Shown piece after piece: positions 1 through 7,034 of a stretch of DNA of 32,000 bases. The DNA lies in NCBI RefSeq assembly GCF_008065095.1, contig NZ_CP042911.1, positions 2,670,001 to 2,702,000 on the forward strand. Direction: 5' to 3'. Within the stretch, counting starts at the first letter, position 1. Each line of letters starts with the position of its first letter. The translations under genes and the position numbers were made by a program. Source of the stretch: Gemmata obscuriglobus (GTDB lineage: Bacteria; Planctomycetota; Planctomycetia; Gemmatales; Gemmataceae). The notes beneath the pieces are model-generated. The model did not search any database. It saw nothing but the letters and a program-made list of their open reading frames with translations, and had not been told where the DNA came from.

Positions 1-66
1 CCCGCCGGAGTCGCGGGGGAAGAAGTCCGACAAGTGACGCGGTGGCGGGGTGGGTCGCAAAGGCAC

Positions 67-157
67 GCCGAACCCGGCGCTGCACCTGACACCGCCATCG
101 GATCTGCGTTATGATGCTCACTCGATCCTGGCGGTGCAGGTGAGCTATTCGTTCGGC
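67..157 (+). repeat. attC-like site 1 (91 bp)
   Basis: GCCGAAC-ccggc-GCT-g-CACCTG-a-CACCGCC-[33-nt loop]-GGCGGTG-CAGGTG-AGC-tattc-GTTCGGC. The outer 7-mers are exact reverse complements. The inner 7+6+3 bp stem has two single-base bulges on the 5' arm. GGAGG lies at 162-166 and ATG at 175. Confidence 0.7.
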
Positions 158-174
158 CACAGGAGGGCTCGGGG

Positions 175-639
175 ATGTCGTGGTTCCCGGACATGGGAAC
201 GGCTTGCATGATCGCCCACGGGGATCACGTCCGTGCGGTCGGCTGGCTGTCCGACCAGCACCCGTTCCCGACGGGCGACACACCGCCCGAGTTCCTGGCG
301 CGGCTGAAGGAGTTCTGCCGGCGGTGGGACGAAGGGTTGGGGCCGCTGGTCTGGGATGTCTTCATGGGACCGCACCGCTGCGAGTTGTGCGGCCGGTGCG
401 TGGCCAGTGGCAACATCGGGGTGCCGGCAGGGGGTGTGCTGTTCGCCGCCCCGGAGATGATCGCCCACTACGTCGAGGTTCACAAGTACGCCCCGCCGGC
501 CGAGTTCGTAGCGGCCGTGCTGTCGGCGCCGCTGCCCGGCACCAGGGAGTACGCGGTGGCGGTGGCGGCGTTCCGAGCCGTCGCGCTCCAGCAACAACTC
601 GGCGAGCTGTATCGGCCGGGTCAGCCACCGCGAGCGTAG
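175..639 (+). CDS. Cassette 1: hypothetical protein, 154 aa
   Basis: ATG lies 8 nt after GGAGG. The ORF fills the space between attC-like sites 1 and 2. It contains a HRCELCGRC Cys cluster. I recognise no family. Confidence 0.6.
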   Translation: MSWFPDMGTACMIAHGDHVRAVGWLSDQHPFPTGDTPPEFLARLKEFCRRWDEGLGPLVWDVFMGPHRCELCGRCVASGNIGVPAGGVLFAAPEMIAHYVEVHKYAPPAEFVAAVLSAPLPGTREYAVAVAAFRAVALQQQLGELYRPGQPPRA

Positions 640-648
640 CAAAGGCCG

Positions 649-741
649 GCCGAACCGGGCGCGGCACCTGACACCGCCGGCTGATATGCGACGTGCCGAT
701 CGTCCGTGGTGGCGGTGCCGGTGAGCTATTGTTCGTTCGGC
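649..741 (+). repeat. attC-like site 2 (93 bp)
   Basis: GCCGAAC-cgggc-GCG-g-CACCTG-a-CACCGCC-[loop ggctgatatgcgacgtgccgatcgtccgtggt]-GGCGGTG-CCGGTG-AGC-tattgttc-GTTCGGC. It starts 9 nt after the stop at 639. The next ATG is at 761. Confidence 0.7.
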
Positions 742-760
742 AACCAATGGGGGGGGCACC

Positions 761-1903
761 ATGCGACACGGCCTACTTGCTCTGGCGCTTCTGTTCGCCC
801 CGGTCGCGGCACGCGCGGACGAGAGCGAAGACGCTGCGGTCAAGGCTGTGGAAAAGGTCTATGGGAAAGTGCTTCGTGACGCCAACCAGGTCATCACAGG
901 TGTCGATCTCTCTGCGGGAGCTGCCCAAGGGCACCGGGTGACGGACGAGGAGCTGAAGGAATTGCTGCCCCTCAAGAGCCTGACCTCCATCGACCTTTCC
1001 CACACGGGCGTGACAAACGCGGGACTGAAGGTGCTCGTAGCCTTCAAAAGCCTCACGACCTTATCTTTGCACGACACCGGGATCACGGACGCCGGTTTGA
1101 AGGAGCTGGCACCGCTCAAGAACCTCACCGCCTTCAACCTGTCCAACACGAAGGTAACGGACACCGGTCTGAAGGAACTAACAGCAATCAGGAATCTCAC
1201 CGCTCTTCACTTGCGAAAGACAGAGATCACGGACGCCGGCCTGAAGTCACTGCCACCCATGAAAGATCTCACCACCCTTGACCTGTCCGACACGAAGGTT
1301 ACGGACGCCGGTCTGAAGGCGCTGGCACCGCTCGAGCGGTTGACGAACCTCTACCTGTACAACACGGAGGTCACGGACACCGGATTGAAGGAACTGGCTC
1401 CGTCGAAGAACCTCGCCGTCCTGCTCCTGTACAACACGAAGGTCACAGACGCGGGGCTGAAGGAACTGGCTCCATTAAAGAGTCTCTCAGTCCTCGTCTT
1501 GGGCGAAACGGAGGTTACGGATGCGGGATTGAAGGAGCTGGCTCCACTCAAGAACCTCACGGCTCTCAACCTGTACGGCACGAAGGTTACGGACGCGGGG
1601 GTAAAGGAACTCGCGCCATTTCAGAACCTCACCCTACTCGACCTGAGCGGCACGAATGTTACAGACGCGGGAATTAAGGAACTGGCGCGATTCAAGAACC
1701 TCGCCCACCTCGAGCTGTCCTCCACAGCGGTAACGGATGTCGGCTTGAAGGAGCTGGCATCACTCAAGAAGCTCACCAAACTATTCCTGATTAGTACGAA
1801 GACCACATTCGCCGGAATTAAAGAGTTCCAAAAAGCCGCGCCCAAATGCGATGTCTGGAACACCCTGAGTCTTAAAGGCCAGCCCGCGCTTGGGAAGTGG
1901 TAA
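761..1903 (+). CDS. Cassette 2: secreted leucine-rich-repeat protein, 380 aa
   Basis: N-terminal signal-like MRHGLLALALLFAPVAARA. Twelve consecutive 24-aa units fit xLKELAPLKNLTxLxLxxTxVTDA. G+C is visibly lower (one line counted at 50%). Confidence 0.85.
   Translation: MRHGLLALALLFAPVAARADESEDAAVKAVEKVYGKVLRDANQVITGVDLSAGAAQGHRVTDEELKELLPLKSLTSIDLSHTGVTNAGLKVLVAFKSLTTLSLHDTGITDAGLKELAPLKNLTAFNLSNTKVTDTGLKELTAIRNLTALHLRKTEITDAGLKSLPPMKDLTTLDLSDTKVTDAGLKALAPLERLTNLYLYNTEVTDTGLKELAPSKNLAVLLLYNTKVTDAGLKELAPLKSLSVLVLGETEVTDAGLKELAPLKNLTALNLYGTKVTDAGVKELAPFQNLTLLDLSGTNVTDAGIKELARFKNLAHLELSSTAVTDVGLKELASLKKLTKLFLISTKTTFAGIKEFQKAAPKCDVWNTLSLKGQPALGKW
950..1813 (+). repeat. 12 x 72-bp tandem coding repeats (LRR units) inside the LRR gene
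   Basis: Periodicity read from the translation: residues 64-351, 12 units of 24 aa. Confidence 0.8.
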
Positions 1904-1908
1904 TGGCC

Positions 1909-2200
1909 CTACTGGCGGCACAGGTTATATCGGCGTGCGAAGTACCATAAGGCGCCCAAGTGGTTCCTGGGGCACTTGGAGAAGGTGAGTGTCTTCCGCA
2001 CGAATCGGGCACACCGTTGCCGCAGTGTGAGCCAGAATCGCTCGATGTGGGCGGTGAGGCCAGTGACCTTGCGCACGGCTCGATGCCGGGCGCGGGGAAT
2101 GGCGGCCCGGCACGCGGGCAGCAAGTCGGTGTACACGGTGACCCCGGCCCGGTACCCCCGAGGTAACGCCCCCAAGAGCCGCCAGGCGATCGGAGCCGTT
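1909..2200 (-). pseudogene. IS1-family transposase C-terminal remnant
   Basis: The minus-strand translation ...VYTDLLPACRAAIPRARHRAVRKVTGLTAHIERFWLTLRQRCARFVRKTLTFSKCPRNH... follows the IS1 InsB C-terminal pattern (TD..Y....H...K...T..IER.NL.LRQ..AR..RK.L.FSK). The N-terminal two-thirds of a transposase and any inverted repeats are absent. The upper boundary is approximate. Confidence 0.6.
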
Positions 2201-2263
2201 TCGGTCACCATCGGCCTCGTCGTGGGTGTGGTCGGATGGCTCAGCCCCTCCATGGCGCCGGTT

Positions 2264-2354
2264 GCCGAACCCGGCGTGGCACCGGACACCGCCGGCTGAT
2301 ATGCGACGCGCCGCTCATCCGGTGATGGCGATGCAGGTGAGCTGCTAGTTCGGC
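2264..2354 (+). repeat. attC-like site 3 (91 bp)
   Basis: GCCGAAC-ccggc-GTG-g-CACCGG-a-CACCGCC-[loop ggctgatatgcgacgcgccgctcatccggtgat, nearly identical to the site 2 loop]-GGCGATG-CAGGTG-AGC-tgcta-GTTCGGC. AGGAG lies at 2360-2364 and ATG at 2374. Confidence 0.7.
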
Positions 2355-2373
2355 GACGTAGGAGAAGGCACCG

Positions 2374-2712
2374 ATGGGGCGCTCGCTGGCGTCACGGGTT
2401 AAGATCATCGGTCCGGCGTTTGGGGTGGGTGCGGCGTTGTCCGCCCTGGCCGCCGCCAGCGGCGCGAGCAAGATGGGCTGGGGGCTCGGCGACTTCGCCT
2501 TCGTGTGGGGGTCGGTCCTGGCTGGGCCATTTTCGGGACTCTGGTTCGCGACGGGGTGGGGGATGGCCGACGCGGTGGGGTGGGCCATCCCTTGCGGGTT
2601 GGCTATCGTCTGTCACCCGGCGCGGCCGGGCGGGCTTACCGGGCTGGTCAGTGGGATCGGAATTGCCTTGTGGATACTGCTTGGGTTCGCGCTCACCTAC
2701 GACGGGGTGTAA
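2374..2712 (+). CDS. Cassette 3: small Gly/Ala/Trp-rich integral membrane protein, 112 aa
   Basis: AGGAG lies 9 nt upstream. There are 3-4 hydrophobic segments. The ORF exactly fills the interval between attC-like sites 3 and 4. Confidence 0.55.
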   Translation: MGRSLASRVKIIGPAFGVGAALSALAAASGASKMGWGLGDFAFVWGSVLAGPFSGLWFATGWGMADAVGWAIPCGLAIVCHPARPGGLTGLVSGIGIALWILLGFALTYDGV

Positions 2713-2719
2713 CCCAAAC

Positions 2720-2831
2720 GCCGAACCGGTCGCTGCACCTGACCCGGTCACGTAATTCGTTTCTCGCTGCTCACCGCACTTCGGTATAGCCGGTTGTGAT
2801 CCCGGCCGGGCCGGTGAGCTTTAAGTTCGGC
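2720..2831 (+). repeat. attC-like site 4 (112 bp, longer loop)
   Basis: GCCGAAC-cggtc-GCT-g-CACCTG-a-CCCGGT...GCCGGG-CCGGTG-AGC-tttaa-GTTCGGC. The innermost stem differs from sites 1-3 on both arms but still pairs (compensatory change). It starts 7 nt after the stop at 2712. GGAGG lies at 2845-2849 and GTG at 2857. Confidence 0.65.
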
Positions 2832-2856
2832 GGCTGAAGGTGAAGGAGGGGCGCAC

Positions 2857-3354
2857 GTGGCCGAGCCGACGCAGATCAACCTGTCGCGGGCGTTGAAGCT
2901 CAAGAACCGCGTCGTCCACCGGCTGTCGCAGTTCGACACCCAGATCGCGACGTACAACAGCGTGATCGAAGACAACCAAGAGTACGATGTGCGTCAGCTT
3001 TACAAAGCCCGGATGGCGCTGGCCGAGCAGTTGGTCAAGCTGAAGGTGGCCATCAACGCCGCCAACCAGCCGATCCAGGGTCTGATCTTTGAACTGGCCG
3101 AGTGCAAGGCGCTCGTCGCCATGCTCGGTAAGGTGAACACCCGGCACGGGCCGTCGGTCGAGGGATTCACGGGCGCGAGGACGAACTACGTGGCCCAATT
3201 CCGCAAGCCGGACATCGACGCGGAAGTCCGGCGGGTGGAGAGGGAGATCGACCGTCTCCAGGACGAACTGGACCGGTTCAACCACCGCACACTGATCGCC
3301 GTCGAGGCGTCCCTGCTGGCGGACTCCGATCCGCCACCGGACGCGATCCGGTGA
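2857..3354 (+). CDS. Cassette 4: helical/coiled-coil protein, 165 aa, possibly DIP1984-family-like
   Basis: GTG lies 7 nt after GGAGG. The layout recalls DIP1984-type proteins from memory: ALKLKNRV...L start, central INAAN, C-terminal ID.LQDELD.FNH.T. The family assignment is tentative. Confidence 0.6.
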   Translation: MAEPTQINLSRALKLKNRVVHRLSQFDTQIATYNSVIEDNQEYDVRQLYKARMALAEQLVKLKVAINAANQPIQGLIFELAECKALVAMLGKVNTRHGPSVEGFTGARTNYVAQFRKPDIDAEVRRVEREIDRLQDELDRFNHRTLIAVEASLLADSDPPPDAIR

Positions 3355-3632
3355 TCCACCGGCCAGGCACGGCGTTCGTCGGACGAAGGCCGGGGCAGGC
3401 ATCGAGGTTGGGCCGCCCGCGCGGGCGGCCGTCGGCGGGCAACCGCCGGCCACGTGGCAACCTCACAATCGTAACGTGCCCGATCCGGACGCGGATACCG
3501 ATCTCAAGCCGCAAGGTTCCCGCTCCGACTGGTGACGAGCGATTCGATGATTGAGCCTGTAGCCCGCAACCCTCATTCCCGTCTGTCTCGACCGGAGTTC
3601 GGGTGCGCCGTGTCCTGGACACACAAAGGCAG

Positions 3633-3722
3633 GCCGAACTCGGCGCGGCACCCGACACCGCCGCTGATCCGGGGCCTGCCGCTCATCGTGTGATGGCGGT
3701 GCAGGCGAGCGGCAAGTTCGGC
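3633..3722 (+). repeat. attC-like site 5 (90 bp)
   Basis: GCCGAAC-tcggc-GCG-g-CACCCG-a-CACCGCC-[loop gctgatccggggcctgccgctcatcgtgtgat]-GGCGGTG-CAGGCG-AGC-ggcaa-GTTCGGC. GGAGG lies at 3726-3730 and GTG at 3740. Confidence 0.7.
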
Positions 3723-3739
3723 GAGGGAGGCGGGACGCA

Positions 3740-4207
3740 GTGGGCCACGAGGTGTACATCCACCGAGCCGACACGTGGGCCGAGAGCGATCGTTACCCGA
3801 TCACTCCGGACGAGTGGCTAGCGGTCATCGCGTCCGACCCGGAGTTGCGACCCGACCCCGACCACGAGTTCCAAGCCCTGTGGCCCGGCCCGTGCAAGTA
3901 TCCGGACGGGACGTGGTTCGCCTGGAGTGAGGGGGCGGTTTACACCAAGGGCCCGGACCGGCCGACGGTCGCCAAGATGTTGCAAATGGCCCGCCGGCTT
4001 GGGGCGCGGGTGCAGAGCGGGCACGGGGAGTTCTTCAACCGGCCCGAGGACATGCCCAGCGAGGAGGAGGCCGCGGCGTGGCAGGCCCGCAACTCCTCGG
4101 CCCCCCTGAGCCGGTGGGCACTCTTGGGGTGCGTGGTGGCGGGGGGAGCCCTGCTGTTCGTGTTCGGGGTCGGGGTCGTGACGATTTGCCGCTGGGTGTG
4201 GAGTTGA
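3740..4207 (+). CDS. Cassette 5: hypothetical protein with a C-terminal transmembrane anchor, 155 aa
   Basis: GTG lies 9 nt after GGAGG. The C-terminal segment WALLGCVVAGGALLFVFGVGVVTICRWVW is hydrophobic. The stop is 3 nt before attC-like site 6. Confidence 0.6.
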   Translation: MGHEVYIHRADTWAESDRYPITPDEWLAVIASDPELRPDPDHEFQALWPGPCKYPDGTWFAWSEGAVYTKGPDRPTVAKMLQMARRLGARVQSGHGEFFNRPEDMPSEEEAAAWQARNSSAPLSRWALLGCVVAGGALLFVFGVGVVTICRWVWS

Positions 4208-4210
4208 CCC

Positions 4211-4322
4211 GCCGAACCGGACACTGCCCCCGACCGCCGGCTCATCGGCGCTTTGCAGCATTACCTGTTTTAGGGTCGGTGATTGGCGCACCGGCGGCAG
4301 GCGGTCTCTTTGCCCGTTCGGC
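4211..4322 (+). repeat. attC-like site 6 (112 bp, most diverged)
   Basis: GCCGAAC-cggac-ACT-g-CCCCCG-a-CCGCCGG-[long loop]-CCGGCGG-CAGGCGG-TCT-ctttgccc-GTTCGGC. The inner 7-bp stem again differs in sequence but pairs perfectly. It starts 3 nt after the stop at 4207. Confidence 0.6.
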
Positions 4323-4331
4323 AACACGAGG

Positions 4332-5024
4332 GTGCGGCGATTGCGTACCGTGTACTTCGTCACGCGGCGTCCGAACAGCGAATTCGTGGGCGCATGGACG
4401 CTCGGCGAGATTCGAGCGCGGCTCGCGTCGGGCGAGCTCCGGGCGGCACTATTCGCCACCGAATCCGATGGGCGCAGCTTCAGCCGGTTCCAACGATCCG
4501 GGGCTCAGGCCCGCTGGCGAACATTGGCAGAACTGCTTGAGGAGCCCCCGTCGCCGGTTCATCCCGAAACCGCTCGGCCGCCCGGCCCCGGCCGGTGGCT
4601 GTCCTCGTACTTCATCGGTGGCGGGGCGTCCTGGCTGCTGTTGGTGGTCGGGCAGTTCGTGGCGGCGCTGGCGTGTATCGCCGTCCCGATCGGCGTGGTG
4701 TACCAACTTGGGCAGTTGTCCGAGGCCGAGCAGGTGATCGAGCGCGCTGGCCGGGCCGGCGACACTCGGGTCGGCCAAGCGGCAGCGGGCATTTCGGTCG
4801 CTCGCGGCGCGGTTGTCGTGGCCGGCGTGCTGGCCTTCTGTGTCAACGCGGCGCTGCTCATCGTGTTCAAGCGAGCCAACACGCTCGCGCAGATCGCCGC
4901 GGATCAAGACGCCGATAACGAACAGGTGTGGCACGCGATCGCGGACTTGCGGTCGCGGGTGACGCCTGCCCCGAGCGGCCGACAAGACGCCGAGCCCGGC
5001 GCTGCACCGGGCACCGCCGACTAA
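4332..5024 (+). CDS. Cassette 6: membrane protein, 230 aa, with a possible GYF_2-like N-terminal domain
   Basis: N-terminus VYFVTRRPNSEFVGAWTLGEIRARLASGEL, followed by two long hydrophobic segments. The start is uncertain. TTG at 4341 (8 nt after GAGGG, 18 nt after the R' box) fits the pattern of the other cassettes better than GTG at 4332. Confidence 0.55.
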   Translation: MRRLRTVYFVTRRPNSEFVGAWTLGEIRARLASGELRAALFATESDGRSFSRFQRSGAQARWRTLAELLEEPPSPVHPETARPPGPGRWLSSYFIGGGASWLLLVVGQFVAALACIAVPIGVVYQLGQLSEAEQVIERAGRAGDTRVGQAAAGISVARGAVVVAGVLAFCVNAALLIVFKRANTLAQIAADQDADNEQVWHAIADLRSRVTPAPSGRQDAEPGAAPGTAD

Positions 5025-5078
5025 TTCGGGACGCAGCGCTCGTCCGGTGGTGGCGGTGCCAGTGGGCTATCGTTCGGC
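4989..5078 (+). repeat. attC-like site 7 (90 bp); overlaps the 3' end of the preceding ORF
   Basis: GCCGAGC-ccggc-GCT-g-CACCGG-g-CACCGCC-[loop gactaattcgggacgcagcgctcgtccggtggt]-GGCGGTG-CCAGTG-GGC-tatc-GTTCGGC. The variant first box still pairs through a G.T wobble. The TAA stop of ORF 4332..5024 lies in the loop. Confidence 0.65.
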
Positions 5079-5226
5079 AGTGTGGCGAGCCCCGCGGAGG
5101 GGCGACGCGGCAGACGGGTGACCGCGTCGCTGGTGCGGAATGGGTGTCGCACTCCGACGTGGCCCGGGGCGCGCGAGACCGGCCGCCGTTTTACCGTTTG
5201 CACTTCCAGCGACCGGAGGAGATCCC

Positions 5227-6141
5227 ATGCGGCGCGGGTTTACCCTGATCGAGATCGTCGTCGTGATCGCCATCCTCGCGGTCCTCATTGCGCTCCTCCT
5301 GCCGGCCGTGCAGAAGGTCCGGGCCGCCGCCATCCGGACCAGGAGCGCGAACAACATCCGGCAGATCAACCTCGCACTGCACAACTACGCGGGCGACCGC
5401 CGGGTGCTGCCGACGATCGATGGCAACCCGCGGCCGGTCTACATCGAATCGCTCGGCGTCTGGGGGAGGCAGTCCGACCCGCTGGTCTTCATGGCGCTGC
5501 TGCCGCACATCGAGTCCTCCGGCTATCGGCAGGACCAGGCGTACCCGAGCGTGCCGATGTACCGCAGCCCGGCCGACCCGTCGGCCGCCCTCTACCCACC
5601 GGACGGGCCGGCGGCCCTGTTCCACCACACGTCGTACGCGGCCAACGCGCAGGTGTTCGTCGGTCGCACGTCGCTCGACCGCGTCGCCCCGGACGGCCTG
5701 TCCCAGACCATGTTCTTCGCGGAACACTACCTGGCCTGCGCCAAAAGCTCGTTCACGTACAGCTCCGCCGATCCCGATAGGCACCTCATCCGGCGGGCGA
5801 CGTTCGCAGACGGCGGCCCGGTCCTGGCGGGGGTCAACCCCGGTGACGTGTATCCCGTCACCTCCGGCACACCCGCCGTGACCCGGCCGAGCCGGGACGG
5901 CGTGACGTTCCAGGTTCGGCCCCGACTCTGGGCCTCTGAGAAGCCGTTGAGCGCAAGCCCGCCTCCGCCGCCCGGCGCCGGGGACTGCGACCCATCCCTC
6001 CCGCAGACGCCGCACGAGGGCGGGATGCTCGTCGGGTTGGGCGACGGGAGCGTCCGCACCGTCGGCCGATCGGCCAGCGTGGAGACCTTCTGGGCGGCGG
6101 TGACTCCGGCCGGCGGCGAGGTCATCGGCAGCGACTGGTGA
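5227..6141 (+). CDS. Cassette 7: DUF1559-type protein with a prepilin-type N-terminal cleavage/methylation domain
   Basis: [35 protein letters not shown] is the type IV pilin-like leader and helix typical of the planctomycete DUF1559 family. The C-terminus carries [12 protein letters not shown] (H-X9-DG-like). GGAGGAG lies 5 nt upstream of the ATG. Confidence 0.85.
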   Translation: MRRGFTLIEIVVVIAILAVLIALLLPAVQKVRAAAIRTRSANNIRQINLALHNYAGDRRVLPTIDGNPRPVYIESLGVWGRQSDPLVFMALLPHIESSGYRQDQAYPSVPMYRSPADPSAALYPPDGPAALFHHTSYAANAQVFVGRTSLDRVAPDGLSQTMFFAEHYLACAKSSFTYSSADPDRHLIRRATFADGGPVLAGVNPGDVYPVTSGTPAVTRPSRDGVTFQVRPRLWASEKPLSASPPPPPGAGDCDPSLPQTPHEGGMLVGLGDGSVRTVGRSASVETFWAAVTPAGGEVIGSDW

Positions 6142-6178
6142 GCGGGCCGAACGTCCGGGCGGGCCGCTGCACAGGCAC

Positions 6179-6256
6179 GTCGAACCCGGCACCGCACCCG
6201 CCTGGGCCGCATCGCTCGTCCGGTGATGCCGGTGCAGGTGAGTTTGATTGTTCGGC
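6179..6256 (+). repeat. attC-like site 8 (variant subfamily), preceded by an extra GCCGAAC box at 6146-6152
   Basis: GTCGAAC-ccggcaccgcacccgcctgggccgcatcgctcgtccggtgatgccggtgcaggtgagtttgatt-GTTCGGC. The 3' half (GGTGCAGGTGAG...GTTCGGC) matches the other sites. The 5' half recurs at 6997-7034. Confidence 0.55.
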
Positions 6257-6348
6257 CGCCGCTGACGAATCTCCGGTGCGAACCTCAAAACGTTGTTGCG
6301 GGTCATTAGATCTTGCTCTGGTTACCTGCGACTCCCCGAGGCTCGCCG

Positions 6349-6981
6349 ATGTCTGAACCTTCGCCGATCCCCCCCGTTGTCCTAGTAGAGTTAAAGAACG
6401 TCCGGGACCAAGTCTGGGACGTCTTCGGGCATTGGAACCTTTTCACCGGCCTGTTCGCGGATCAAGACACGGTGAAGATCCTTGCCTGGGCGTTCAACCG
6501 CGGTGCCGGTGGCTTGATCCACCAAGCGGTGCGTACCGAGATCGCTGTCGGTCTTGGCAGGTTGTTGGACCCTGCAGTTGATCGGGTCAAGAAGCAGCCG
6601 AGGCACAACCTGACTGTAGAGCGGATGGTCAGCCACGTTGAGACGCTGCGGCCAGAGCAAGCAGACGGCATGCGGGTTGAGCTCGCAGAGGCTCGCAACC
6701 ACTTCGAACCTCTGCGGCGGTGGCGCGACAAGTATCACGCGCATCGTGATCATGCGGTGGCAATGGGGCTCGAACCGATCGCTCAGGTCGATCGTGAAGC
6801 GGTCAACACTGTGCTCGCAGTTCTCGGCAAGCTGATGAACCGAGTGTGCGAGGCTCTGGATAGCCCAATAACAGACTATCGGCCTGCGTACAAAGGGGCC
6901 GCAGACCAGTTGCTTGCATTTGTGCGCCCGATGTATCAGGCCAGCCGTGAGCGGTTGAGGATTGCTGAGGCAGGCTTGTAG
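6349..6981 (+). CDS. Cassette 8: hypothetical protein, 210 aa, with an Rx4-6H (HEPN-like, AbiU2-type?) motif
   Basis: ATG lies 7 nt after GAGG. RDKYHAH at 6724-6744 fits R-[DN]-K-x-x-A-H. About 57-58% G+C on two counted lines, against about 68-70% in the flanks. Confidence 0.6.
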   Translation: MSEPSPIPPVVLVELKNVRDQVWDVFGHWNLFTGLFADQDTVKILAWAFNRGAGGLIHQAVRTEIAVGLGRLLDPAVDRVKKQPRHNLTVERMVSHVETLRPEQADGMRVELAEARNHFEPLRRWRDKYHAHRDHAVAMGLEPIAQVDREAVNTVLAVLGKLMNRVCEALDSPITDYRPAYKGAADQLLAFVRPMYQASRERLRIAEAGL

Positions 6982-6996
6982 CCGAGTTGCTCGTAG

Positions 6997-7034
6997 GTCG
7001 AACCCGGCACCGCACCGGCCTGGGCCGCATCGCT
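6997..7034 (+). repeat. Truncated attC-like half-site (5' half only); probable distal end of the array
   Basis: GTCGAACCCGGCACCGCACCgGCCTGGGCCGCATCGCTt matches 6179-6216 with 2 mismatches in 38 nt. No matching 3' arm or GTTCGGC follows. An odd GCCGAAC-aggg-GTTCGAT lies at 7062-7079. Confidence 0.55.

Noticed and set aside
3547-3690. 47-aa ORF starting at ATG 3547 and reading into attC-like site 5; similarly the open frame at 1-120 reading into site 1 (...AEPGAAPDTA...)
   Set aside because: The shared ...AEPG.AP.TA... endings simply translate the repeat itself. There is no SD and the composition is weak. The frame at the window start may be the real end of an upstream cassette ORF, but this cannot be judged from 60 nt.
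5191-6306. Long antisense or off-frame ORFs, for example 5191..6306 (-), 145..843 (-), 7278..8396 (-), 8071..8871 (-), 13200..14207 (-), 16307..17026 (-), 17792..19054 (+), 26856..27629 (-), 27783..28766 (-)
   Set aside because: These are typical high-G+C shadow ORFs. They have extreme Arg/Pro/Gly/Ala content, no SD or recognisable motifs, and each overlaps a better-supported gene.
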